Source of the DNA: Camelus ferus
Taxonomy: Eukaryota
Direction: 5' to 3'
NCBI RefSeq assembly: GCF_009834535.1
Contig: NC_045697.1
Coordinates: 38,690,001-38,754,000 of the forward strand
Length of the DNA: 64,000 bases
The notes below the pieces were generated by a model. The model was given only the letters and a program-made list of their open reading frames with translations, searched no databases and had not been told where the DNA came from. Positions 25,536-38,200 of the stretch are shown one piece after another (position 1 is the stretch's first letter; each line of letters begins with the position of its first letter). The position numbers were made by a program, and so were the translations under genes.

Positions 25536-26871
25536 CGATCAGGGTTTTGGTTTTTGTTTTGGCTAGGGAAGGACTGAGAAGGTAGCCTCGTGTTAACAAT
25601 GATGCATGAAAAATCTTGGTCAGCTTTTCCCTAAAACCTTTCCAGTCTTGCTTGGCTCCAGTAGACTCTGAATTGCTGTCAGGATGATGTCTGTTTCATT
25701 ATTTAAATATCATCGTTCAATTCTGCTATTAATAATAGCATTTTTGAGGATTCCCCCCCCCCCCCCAGCCTCTATTTCTTCTTTTAGTTTTGGAATCTGT
25801 GTTTCATATAAGAGGCTTTCACGGATGTCTGGTAATCCTTGATTATCTGCTCATATTTTAAAACGGGGCATTTAAAAGCTGATTGGATGCTCTGAGCCTG
25901 CGGGACAAGTTTTTTGAAAATCAAGTGAGAGAAAAGGGCTGCAAAGGGAAGAGGGAAGGGCCTCAGAATTCAGTATAAATTTTTTTCACTTAATTCTATT
26001 CCAGGTGCTTGATGTCCTCCAATACAAAGATCCTGTTTCACTCTCTCCCAGACAAAATGGCCTTCAGAATTAGGCTTTGGGGATAATGGGTGCATAAGTA
26101 AGGGTAAGTGTATAGCTCATTACTAAATGAACTTCCAATCCTTTTAGTTACCTCTTTACCCCTATTTTCCAGAAGCCAGTTTCTGAGTATTTAGGACATT
26201 CTATGATATAAGTAGAATTGCTTATTGGCTTTTCTCACTGCTGGTTTAGACTTCAGCTTTTCCAAATCAGCTGAGCCCTTTGCTTTTGATTTCAGATTTT
26301 TTTTTCTCTTTCCCTCTACTCTTGGGAGTTTATGACTCTAAAAATCTCTTTACTGTCATTTTCAAGGGGTCTTAAGAGGAAGCAAATGTAGAAGACTATG
26401 TTCTATTTTCACCTGGTAGTCTGGAGTGATCATTCTACAAGATACACCAGATCGGTCATAGCAGTCTCCTGCTTTAAGAAGCTTCAGTGGTCCCTCACTG
26501 CTTGCACTATGACATTCAGACTCTTTAGCAAGGTAAAAAAGATAGCTCATTATCCTTCTAGCCTAATCTCTCACAGTTGGCCACTGCTTCCCCACTCCAT
26601 GCTCCACATTCCCCACACCTGGTGCTGTAAGATCCAGCTAAAATAAGACCCTAGTAAGTCTTCTGAGCCTACCAAACCCTTATCAAGTTTCCACACCTGT
26701 GCTTTGGCTGGGTCACAAGCTGAAAAACCCTTTCTCCCAACGCCTACTTGATGAACACTTACTCCTCTTATGAAGACACAGCTTAAACATCACCTCCTCA
26801 ATGCCTTCTTCAAGCCTTGCATGTGAATTTACTCATCCTCCTCCAACCCCCATCCCATGAACCTAGCATAT

Positions 26872-27320
26872 TGTTGGGAGGAGCCATTAGCCATGGACCT
26901 TGAGTGTCCCTGCAAATTCTTGCTGGGTATGCAAAGAATGCAAGGTACTGACTGCTTTTTATCCAGGTCATTTTTCAGGGTTGTTTGGGATAGTCTTCAG
27001 AGCTGAGGTAATGGCTTCCCCAAGTAGCAAGCTGGTTCCCACTTACTGTAAAAGTAATGAGTCCCCCCAAACTTAGTATTCCTTTCCTATAATGCAATCC
27101 ATTTAGTGTGCAGACGCCCATCTACATCCACCTCAGTCACCCGAGGGAGACTTGGGAGGCATGGGGAATTGACAGACTTGAGGCTCTGGCTACTGCTTTT
27201 GCCATGAGTAACAAAGTTCTCTGTCTTTGACTCAGGAATCTCACATCCCCTGACATGAAACAGCAACAGGGTAGCTTGTTAGCTTTTAAGTAGGGTACAG
27301 GCCTAGACCTTTCCTAAACG
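26872..27320 (+). mobile_element. Probable LTR fragment
   Basis: LTR-like phrases (tgttgggaggagcc, agtaacaaagttctctgtctttgactcaggaatctc). Confidence 0.45.
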
Positions 27321-27869
27321 GTGACTTACACTTCTCACAGAACCTCTAACAGCTGCATTATTTCCAAGTCTGACTTCATTTAATTCCTTCCTGACAGCAG
27401 AGATTCATGCGTTCTGCACCTGTTTCCTGAACTATCGTTTTACTCTTCTCCATCTACTATACTACATTGTTCCAATTCCCGGGAAGTATCAAGTGTCTAC
27501 CCCAGTACCTTGCTGATTCTTTTTGCACATTTATTGGTCCATTCTCATTTCACTGCTTCTCCTCACCTACTTCCTAACTCAGCTCTCAGCTGTGTCACTG
27601 TTTCTTTCAAAAATAAAAATGATTTCAAAAATAATTTTGAAAATCCCTGACCCTACCCCAAGACATGGTTAGGTCCCTGTAATGTGCTCTCGTAGTGTCA
27701 GAGCCCATTATCACATTTGGGACAATGGTGTGTGATTTAGTCTAAGGGAGCTTAGCTGCCCAGGTGAAGGCAGAGGGAAGATGGGTGGTTGGGTTCATTC
27801 AGGCTTGGCATCTTTGTCAGGTGACTGTGGAAGAATGGAGAGGTGAGGGAAGTCAGGCTGTTTGCAAGA

Positions 27870-28272
27870 GAGTTCTCTAGAGAAACAGAACCAATAGGAT
27901 AAATAGAGCTTAAGAAACTGGCTCACACGATTGTGAGGGCTGGCAGTCTGAAACCTAGGGCAGGCCAGTAGTCTAGAAATTCAATTAAGAGTTGAGGTTG
28001 CAGTCTTGAAACAGGTTGGAAACTCGGGGAGGGTTTCTAGGTGGGTGCAGTGTTGAGAATTCTATCTTCTTCAGGAAACCTCAGTCTTTGTTCTTAAGGC
28101 CTTCAGCTGACTGGATGGGGCCCACCCACATTATGGAAGGTAATCCACTTTACTCACAGTCTATTTAAAGGTTCATCACATTTAAAAACTACCTTCACAG
28201 CAACATCTAGACTGGTGTTTGAACACACAACTTTGCACAATTAGACAAACTGAAACATAAAATTAACCGTCA
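27870..28272 (-). mobile_element. MLT2-type LTR
   Basis: ttctctagagaaacagaaccaatagga...ataaaattaaccgtcaca. Confidence 0.7.
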
Positions 28273-28934
28273 CATCTAACAGAACCATCACTGAAGCCAA
28301 ACAAGCACTTTTCAACGATTGAGGAAGCAAATTCAATGATTGAGAAAGAGTGCAAGGACCCACTTGGGTCTCCTTTGTGTAATCATTTTCTATTTGCCAT
28401 AGTGCAGCAGTGAGAAATTCCAGAAAGGTTAAAAGCATTGGTTCCTGCCATCCAACAACTTCTCAGCTACACGAGAAGACAATTTCTGCACACAAAAGCA
28501 TAAATTTATATTGCATACTGCTGCTTACTCTAAAATGTCTAAGGAGTGTGCAGTTTTTTTCTGAGTCCTGCATTTTCACTCTGACCTCTTTATGAAACAT
28601 GAGGGCAATTTTCCTTAGAGGTGTTGACTACACTGTACTTGAAACCTAAAGAAGGCATTGGGAACTCAAAGGATGCTCTAGGACAAGATATGATTAAGTG
28701 GATTAAGTCTACCTGTGAAAGCAAACTTTGCTAGATCCCAGGAAAGAATAGAGGTAATGTCTAAAATAGGTACAGTAAGAAGTAATATTTAAAACATAGA
28801 GATTAAGAAATATTTAAATGTGGGTGCACTACAGAGGGCTGGAGGGGGCACTGACCTCTTTGTTTTCTTCATTTTTAACATCTAGTTAAAAATGCATGCA
28901 GTTTGATTTTTTTTTTTTTTTTTGAGGTAGGACC

Positions 28935-29510
28935 CTGGTATCTATTTTTAAACAGACTTTTAAAAAGCAGTTTTAGGTACATAGCAAATTGAGCAGAAGG
29001 TACAGAGTTCCCATTTGCCCCCTACCCCCGATATAATAACCTCCTCTGTTTTATCAATATCTCCCCCACCCCTCAGTGGCCCATTTGTTATGATTGATGA
29101 ACCACACCGACACATCATTATCACCCCAAATTTATAGTTTACATTAGGGTTCATTCTTGGTGTCGTACATTCTATAAGTTTGGACAAATATATGACATGT
29201 ATCTGCCATCATGGTAACAGTAGTTTCACTGCCCTAAAATCCCCTGCGCTTCACCTGCTCAGCCCTCTCTCCTCACCAACTCCTAGCAACCACTGACTTT
29301 TTTTACTGTCTCCATAGTTTTACCTTTTCCAGAAGGTATATAGTTGGAACCATACAGTATGTACTCTTTTCAGACAGGCTTTGTTTGCTCACTTGGTCAT
29401 AGCCACTTAAGTCCCCTCCATGTCTTTTCATAGTTTGACAGCTCATCTCCTTTTAGGATTGAATAATATTCCATTGGCTGGATGTACCAGTTTATTCATC
29501 TACCTACTTT
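28935..29510 (-). mobile_element. L1 (L1MB-like) 3'UTR fragment
   Basis: agcaaattgagcagaaggtacagagttccca...gtttacattagggttcattcttggtg. Confidence 0.75.
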
Positions 29511-29726
29511 ATTTTGATTTTAAATAGTACTCCTCCCCAACACACACACACACAGTTTGGGAATCTAAGCCTCCTCTTCTGTGACACCCTCCCTGTTCTT
29601 GCTAGTGTCCCCATGGAACGTGCCTTTACTGTAGTGCTTACTTAACACTGCACTTCTCGTTACTTTATTTGTCCCTCCTATTTGTCCAAAACCTGCAGTT
29701 TTGCTTGGTTCATAAGAGATGGCCTA

Positions 29727-29732
29727 TTTATT
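29727..29732 (-). terminator. PPAT: Candidate PPAT polyadenylation signal AATAAA, ending a ~2.3-kb 3'UTR
   Basis: tttatt on + strand at the edge of the repeat-poor stretch following the stop codon; a second candidate lies at 29664-29669. Confidence 0.4.
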
Positions 29733-32031
29733 GAAACACCTGGATCAGAGTAATGAGATCAGCCTCGCTGATGCAGAGTATGGATCCTGGATGTGACCAT
29801 CACTGTACTGCTCACCATATAACACACTCACTAAAAGTCACTATTAAAAAACAGTAAACACACATTTAAACATACTCATTACATATATTTGTCACCAATG
29901 CATCACAAGGAGGTCACAAAAAGGTAGGTTTAGTTCACAGTAATATAGATCCCGTGAAAACATGATTTTCTCTGCTGTTTACAACAAGTATAGAAATTTA
30001 AAGCAGTTAAACAACATTTGAGATGAAGCTGGTATAAAATTGTAATCCACACTTTAGAAACCTGTGAAATAAAAGGCCATGATGGAGAAACAGTAAGAAA
30101 TCCATGGAATTATCAAACTGTCACAGTACCATTTTCCTTTATAAAAGCACCTCAATAAAACAAGATAAAAACTATGGAAAACAACAGAAATCAAATCAGA
30201 GATTTTGGTTTAGTACTTTCCCTGAGTCTCTTGTTTTGAAAAAATCAAATATAAGGCTGGTTCAACATTGACCCATAGGTCTTGCCTCCTCCACGCTGCT
30301 ATGAGGAATACATTTAAGACAAGAGGTTATACACTCATATGGTCCCAGGGCTTTATCCAAATGCTGGTTGGCTTGTGTCACCACCACAGAGATATCTGAC
30401 CCACTGCTGCCTGCTGCAGGTGGGCTTAAAGAGCTGTCACCATTTTGCCTTGGCCTACCATAATATAACACGTGAGGCTGAATACCAAATGAAGACAAAA
30501 GATTACAGTTATTAATAAATACTACATTTCTAGATGGATTTGGACACTACATACATCAAATTATGGTAACAATAACACAGAAACAAACACTTTCATGTTT
30601 TAAAATCTTACATAAAACAAGGGTTGGGGGCAAGTCACCTTAAAGTTTTAAATCTCAGATGTTAACCAAAAAATACTTAAAAAAAATCTACTTCATTAGA
30701 TTCCCAATAAAACAAATTGGAAAAAGTGATGTTGATGCTCAGAATTAGACGAGCATGCTAACCGAAAAAAGTCGCTGTCTCCTTGATCCTTGAACAAATT
30801 TGGCCCCTACAATGTTTCTACTTGCTCATCTCATTGCAATGATCTTTATGTGTATATACACATATGTTTGCAAGTGATCAAGCACTTCATTAAAAAAGCA
30901 TATAACCAAATTAAGGATAGAAGATTTGTTAGAATCTAAATATTTAGTTTTTACTTCAAACGTACGAGGTTACTTGCTGGGCTTATACTATAAGGTATAA
31001 GCAGTATGGATCATACTTTCTAGTCAAATGTAGGAAAATTTTTTAAAAGACACGTCTTTGCCGTCATTGTTAGGGCATCTCAAAGACAGGTGGCAAATCA
31101 CTGCTAAGCTGTGTGTCTTCCTTTTGAAATCTGAATTGCAGACCAACAGTCAACATTTCAAAAGCTAATAATAATCATGCACTGTCTTAAAACTGAAGGA
31201 GGAATGATGGCTCTAGCCACTAAAAATAACTGCTGTTAGTTATTTAATAATGTAAGCACCGCATTGCACAGATTGGGAAAGTGAAGCACCAAAAGTTGTA
31301 TTTGTTTTTGTTTTTCTTTAAGAGAAGCCAAGGTCCTAACTATAATCAGAACCCTAGACACTAGATAACTTTGGGGTATAACAGATTCAAGGTTTGCGTG
31401 AAATGTTATACTTGACTCACATGTCCTGTTTGTACTACACCACCTTAGTCTAACCTCCTGCAAACTGTTAAAAATATGGACCTGGCAAATGCCACTTAAC
31501 CACCTGCCTTCTCCGACCAGGTGCAAAAGGCTAGCCAATGCTTGAGTTAAAAAATGAATACCATATAACATTGTATTATATGTGATTAACAAGGTTAATT
31601 TTAAAAATATTCCATAACTGATTTTCAATAATTCTCAAGAAACCCTCCACAAAATTCTCTAAGAATCTGTGGAGATGTACAGTACTTGGCAATCCTCTCT
31701 GAAACAGAAATTTACCAGTTCTTTGCATTACTGTTGATGATCTGAAATTAAATGTATATGGTCTCACAATTGGTAGCCTTAAAGTACTAAACTACTAAAT
31801 AAAACTGAAAGGGTCATCCAAGTTCCTAGATAACACCAAAATATTTATCTAGGGTTATAAAAGAAAGTATAGCACTTTGGTACCCTTTTTAGAAAAAAAT
31901 TTCAAAAGGTATAACACAAGCATGTGGCATTTTACATTGTACCAACTGAGTAACAGTAAATGGATAAAGTGTAACCACTACAACTTCTCCACGGACTTTG
32001 TATCTTGAAACATCACATCTACCCCTAGCAG

Positions 32032-32297
32032 CTACCATTCCAATTCCACAGGGTATTTTCCAGTCAGACAAGCTGTACAATGATCATTCTTTTCAAAACT
32101 TTCTAGACCATTCCCATTTTCTTGAACCATAATATCTTGCTTTGTACAATGACCGTTCTTTTCAAAACATTCCAGACCATTTCCATTTTCTTGAACCATA
32201 ATATCTTGCTTTTTCACTTTCTGTTTTTTAAATATTATCCCTTCTTGCACAGATGAAACCAGTCCTTCAACTGACAGATACACAACACTGTTTGCTC
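32032..32297 (-). CDS. PPAT: PPAT last exon (11), with internal 23-aa duplication
   Basis: CTGTAG acceptor; ends [15 protein letters not shown] then TAG. Confidence 0.95.
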
Positions 32298-35200
32298 CTA
32301 CAGGGCAAAGAGAAAAAAAAAAAAAAAAAAGCCATGAGATTTCATCTGGAAAGGAAGACCTGCCTTAACAGAGAATAGTTAAAAACAGAAAAACATAAGC
32401 CAGAATAAAAATTTCTCCTTTAGCCTCTCTTAAAAAAGGGGGTGGTGGTGGCATCAACTAGGGGATCAGTGCAACTCAGGCTTTTATTATTATTTTTTTA
32501 ATTTTAAATTGGAATTTAAGGGATAACATAATTTAAAATAGCAGTGGAGGATTCAAGTAGAATAGATCTGGAAGGCTTCAGGAGTAATTTTCTTGATTAA
32601 CAGATTTTGAAGTCAGGAAAATCTGGGTTCAACTTTAAGCTCAAGGTCACTTACTTATTTCCTAAGTCTATTTTTTCATCTACCAGATAAGGGAAACATT
32701 ACCTAATTGTGACATTTTTGTGCTGTTATTACAATAAAAAAGACATGTTCCTGGCAAAGAGCAATTGCTCATAATATGTCAGTTGGGTCATATTCGAAAT
32801 GTTTAACTGGTAACCTCTAGGCATGACCAGTCAAGAGAAACACCAGCCATATACAAACAGTGTTGGAGGTACCATACCTGGCTGAACATGTATGTGACAT
32901 TTAGAGTTTATACCTCACCTGACTTTGAAAGGCAAATGTCTTATCAAGAATGACCTCCATCTCCAAGTCTTCTGACCTCATTATTAAAGACAAGCCTACA
33001 TAAGCTTTTCACTTTTTGATCTGTACTGACATCAAAATTATTCTATTAGACTCTACAGTGAAATTGCTTTTGTTTTTCTTGTGGTCTGACCTCTGGGAGG
33101 CTTTAACTGATATGTAGTTCTTTCTACTGGGAAAGCCTTTCTTCCTTATCCTCTGGTCCCACCTTGGCCTTGCTCTCTACCACGGCACTGACTATGGTCC
33201 ATCCACATGAGGTATTCTCACTTTTCAGAACAGTGTCCAATATCTGCTTAACATATACACCATCTACTTTCAACAAATATTGAACACTATTTTTTATTAA
33301 AATATCTAAGCTTTGGATTTTCTGTTATTAGATGAATAAAAGATAATTTATAGAAATTTTAATACCTACCTAGATAATCTGAAATATGCTCAAATTCTGG
33401 TTTATTAGCAATAAGCTCTTCTTTTGTTGGTATGTTTATTCCCATGAAGCATGGATATTTAATTGGGGGTGAAGCTACGCGAATGTGTACCTTGGAAAGA
33501 AATCATTTTGGACATTTCGTTAGTTTGACATTCACTGTAAGAACAACTATGCAAAATTCTGTCATTGGCAAATGCAACATAAAAAATTGTTTAACGGAAT
33601 ATATTAACAACATATGAGTAATAAATAAAGCACACTACAAAATTTCTTCCACAGTAATAGGTGAAAATGAATCCTAGAAAATCATGTGATATACGTACAG
33701 AACTCTGGTGTTCAGTTAGAACTACTTTTATAATTCACTCATTTACAAGAATCCTACTTGAGCAACTCTGCTCTAGACTCCAAAGCGTGCTAAATAAGAA
33801 TTTCAAAACGTCAGCCACTTGTAAAGGGTTTTTACAGAGCTGCCTGTTGTTTCCTTGCATCACCTATTAACATGGACAGTTCTTTCTTCTGATCTCCCAT
33901 TTCTCACTGCATGACTTTATATTCCTAGGATCACCTTCATTTTTTGTTGTAACACTTGAATGGCACTTTTGCCTACCTCTTATTTTACCATTTTAAAAAG
34001 AAAAAATACAATCTTCCAGGATATAATAAAAACCTGACCACTACAAAGAGCTATCTGGGGGAGGGGGGAGATAAGTAGGTTTATTTATTTATGTTTAGAG
34101 GAAGTACTGGGGATGGAACCCAGGACCTTACGCATGCTAAGCATGTGCTCTGCCACTTGAGCTGTACCCTCTCCACCCAAAAAGCTATTTTTCTCTACTA
34201 TTTTGTCTATCATTATTTCCTGCCTTTTGTCAGGTACGTTTACATGGCTGTAACTGGTGTCCACATTTACTTTCTACCTTTGTTATAACAGCAACGATTT
34301 CCCCACGTTATGCAGTCTTCATAATTATAGTTTTTAGTGGCTGCATGATATTTCATCATACTGATGTATCAATTTCCTAAACTATTTCCCTCTGGTAGAT
34401 ACATGCTAGTAGGTAGCCATTTCCAGTTTGTTCGTTTACTTATTTATGTCTACTCTTTTTTATTATTGTAATGGATGCTGAATTGACTTTACATTTCATT
34501 TTTATTACTTGGTTTTCATAGAATGCCACAGAGATTCCCATAATCACAATAAGTCATAAAAAAGGGCTGGAAAATCATAATCATAATTACCTTAGAAGCT
34601 TTCCAAATAGACTATCATACTGCTTTCTATACCGTTTTTCTCCACAATAGATTTTATTTCTAAATATGTTCAACTATTACCTGTAAATGACATCTCACTT
34701 CTGTAATTTGAATTACTGAAATATTCAGTTAGAAAAAACTTTGAGATTTGGAAACATAACCTAATGTGTCAAATCTATGACACTAGGATTGACTATACAT
34801 CTTCAAAAAGAAAAAGTAATCAATACAAATTTAAGAAGTATTTTATTTTGTGATTTTTGTTAGTTTTAAAACTAATTTTATAAAACCGTTAACATAAAAT
34901 TTACACAACATGAAAACAGTTTTTATCATATTGTTAATTATTGGTGCTTTAGGGTATGTTCTAATATTACTTACCTCTTTTGCACCAGATTCTTTGAGCA
35001 ATTTGATTATGGGTGAGATGGTATTGCCTCTCACAATTGAATCATCTACAAGAACAATTCTTTTGCCTTTGAAGTTGTCCGACAAAACTCCAAATTTTTT
35101 TGCAACACCAAGCTGTCTTAACCTCATGTTTGGCTGAATGAAGGTTCTTCCTACATACCGGTTTTTACATAGCACCTCCACATATGGAAGCCCACACTGA

Positions 35201-38200
35201 CAGAGAAGGAAGAAAAGGACAATGAGCAGCAAATGTACAGAGAACTCTAAGCTCCTATTTTCTCCAGGTCATGCTCCCCTTGTAGCATGTATGTAAAATT
35301 TTTAAATGTGGTTGTTATTCTGAACTCTCCATCATCAGATTACAATTTTCCTTCACTATTTAAAGGGGAAAAAGGCAAAAAGAAAAATCACTGAAAGTCC
35401 TCAACTTAGTGGGAAAACCCACTCATTTTGCTAGAATTTGTAATGCTGCTCTCTTAAATAAATATTATTTCTCTATCTTGGAAGAGAATATTAAGAATGT
35501 GAACACATGACAAAGAATAAATCACTGTCAGAAAAATCCAAATAAAATTATCAGCAAGAAATGAATTAAAACCAGTAGGCTAAGGAGATGCTGTCTGGGG
35601 GACAGGAAGTGCTTTATCCTCTTACTAAGGTACCTCCTCTAAAATGTTGCATATTATTTCTTTTAAAAATTCATACACTAAACATTCAAATATAATGAAC
35701 GCGGGGATTACACCTAGGATCACTATAATTATATAATCTACCTGGTTACAAACAGTGAAATAAAGCATAGTACTAAGAACATTAAAGAGAATTAATGCAA
35801 ACAGCTCATCATCACCCATACTTAATTGGGAACAAATATACCAGTGGCTTGTGAGGATACTTCCTAGTAAGTAAATATACCTTTAAATTCTACATATATT
35901 CATGATGTTATCTTTTTAAAATGAAGAGGATCATTTTCCTATGTCTTTGGCTGAACTTTTTGTGGACTCTGCTAAAAAACATAGTGCCGCTGAATGAAGA
36001 GGCTGGAAACTAACTCTTATAAAGAAACCAACATTTTTTCTTTCTTTGCAATAAATTGATGAGTTTCTCTTTATATACATGGATTTCTAATTTCAGTGCT
36101 AGATGAACAATTCACTGTGTGTTAATTAAGAGAAAATACCTTTGCTGCATAACCAAGAGCAGCAGGCGTAGCAGATTCCGGAACCGTGCTAACCAAATCT
36201 GCATCCACAGGTGCTTCCATGGCCAGCTGCTGACCACAACGGTATCTTACTGTGTAAACCATTTGGTCTGGAATGTTTGGAAAAGGAAATAAATTATTTT
36301 TATGTAGTATAATATAGCTCAGCAGAATATCACTATTCTAAAAACTAGCTTGTTAGAACCCTATAGATTTGAGCACAAAAAGAAAAGTAAGACATAAAAA
36401 AAAACCCCACTAAAGTGGAAATATGTAAACTGGGGGAATTTACTATTTTAAAAAAATTAACTTTAATACATATCTGAAAATCAAAATCCTTACTCCTAAA
36501 AGGAAAACAAAATCCAGGAGTCAGATGAAAAGGAAAAATAGTCATCTTATGACTTGTAGGCTCAGTCCCAAATCCACAACGTATAACTATGTGCCTTCAC
36601 AGAGCCAGGTAAGCCTTTGGGCCCCAGAACTGCCATACTTCGATGGGATAAACAACAGACTTTTATTAATTGTTATCAAGATATTTTACTTACCTTCAAA
36701 TATACTATCTGGTCTTGCAAAATAAACATATTCAAAGATACAGAAGGCCATTGGGTTTCCTTCAGACCTTGGTATAATATCAAGAGTTTGGACATTATGT
36801 CTGGATATTTCCACAATTTCTCCAGGCAAGACTTCACGGTAATATCTTGGGAAACAATGTTAAAGAAGACTTTAAGTAAACCAGTCCTTAAGGCTAACTG
36901 TCAATTAGAAAGTACAGAGTCCCTTCCCTTAGAGGAAAGTCTAAAAATGGCTTAAAAAATAAAAAAGTAATATTCCTCCAGTAATAATCTTTATAAATCT
37001 GTTACCCCTAAATTCAAACTTAGAATTAAAAAAAAATAAAAGCCCTATGTTTTATTTATTACTGGAAGAATGAAGACTAAAGAGAACATTTTTGTCCTAG
37101 TTTAAATTTTTTGATCCTTGATGAGGAGATTTTTTCCTTTCTAAAATAAGGCTCATGGTGTTTTGAAAACAAGAGGCCAGGTCCAGGATTAGAAGGTTAT
37201 TGTTGGAACATTAAAGTCAGTGCAACTGCTGAGTACAATGTACAAAAGAAACTGCATTTATAAATACGTATTCTTGCAGACATCAGAAACAGAACTTTCA
37301 TATTATAATAAAAATTTTTTTACTGATGTGGCAAAAAATTGATCTGCTGAGTGAGATAAAACTTACCTTGCACCAATAGATAAAAAGCTACAAGATTCTG
37401 AAGACACCACCCATCCTTCTGTTTCTGAAGATTTTTTTCCTGCAAATCACAAGACAATAGGTTCAGTCAATCAATTCAAGAAATTTTAAAAGAGGCTTAT
37501 CTATTTAAAGAGAACAGTTAAATGAAAAATAGATAAATAAAAGAGCTCAGAGAATATCCATTACTATGACCTTAAGAGCACATGGCTCCTTGTTTGACTA
37601 GAACCAAAGATAAAATTAACAATCCTAAGATTCCTCCAAATATTATGATTTCATGGCTTGAATAAGATACCTGACAAGTCAAAAAGAAAATCACTGACAT
37701 CATACTACATAAATAAAAAGCTGGGCAAAGGAGATAAATAAAGGATATAAAATACGCCATTCAGACAGGACAAAATGGGAAATCCCATTAAATATATTAA
37801 AACTGGCTTATCCTCAGAAACATTCAAGGAAATGTACTTTAAAAACTAAGTACCATATTTTTTTTTTTTACCTAGCTTTTTACTCAATAAGTTTTCTATA
37901 CCTCAAGGTTTCCGGGTGTGCCAACAGTAAGACAACGACCCGGAAAAGCATTATGAAATTATATTCCCTTTGAAGTTCATTACCTTTATCATTTATATCA
38001 GATACAGGAATAAGACGACCAATGCATAGAGGACGATTTCCATAAGGATCTCGAACTGCATAAATAACATCCCTGTGCATTATAATCAGGGAGTATGCTG
38101 TGGGTGCCTCCTTCATTAAGTTTTTAATCCTGGAATTAATTAAATAATTGAATGAATAATTTCAGTTATAAACACGTGCAAGGCAAAGCTCTCATTACCA

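Noticed and set aside
31236..31628. 130-aa ORF in the PPAT 3'UTR
   Set aside because: No recognisable homology or splice context; consistent with a chance ORF.
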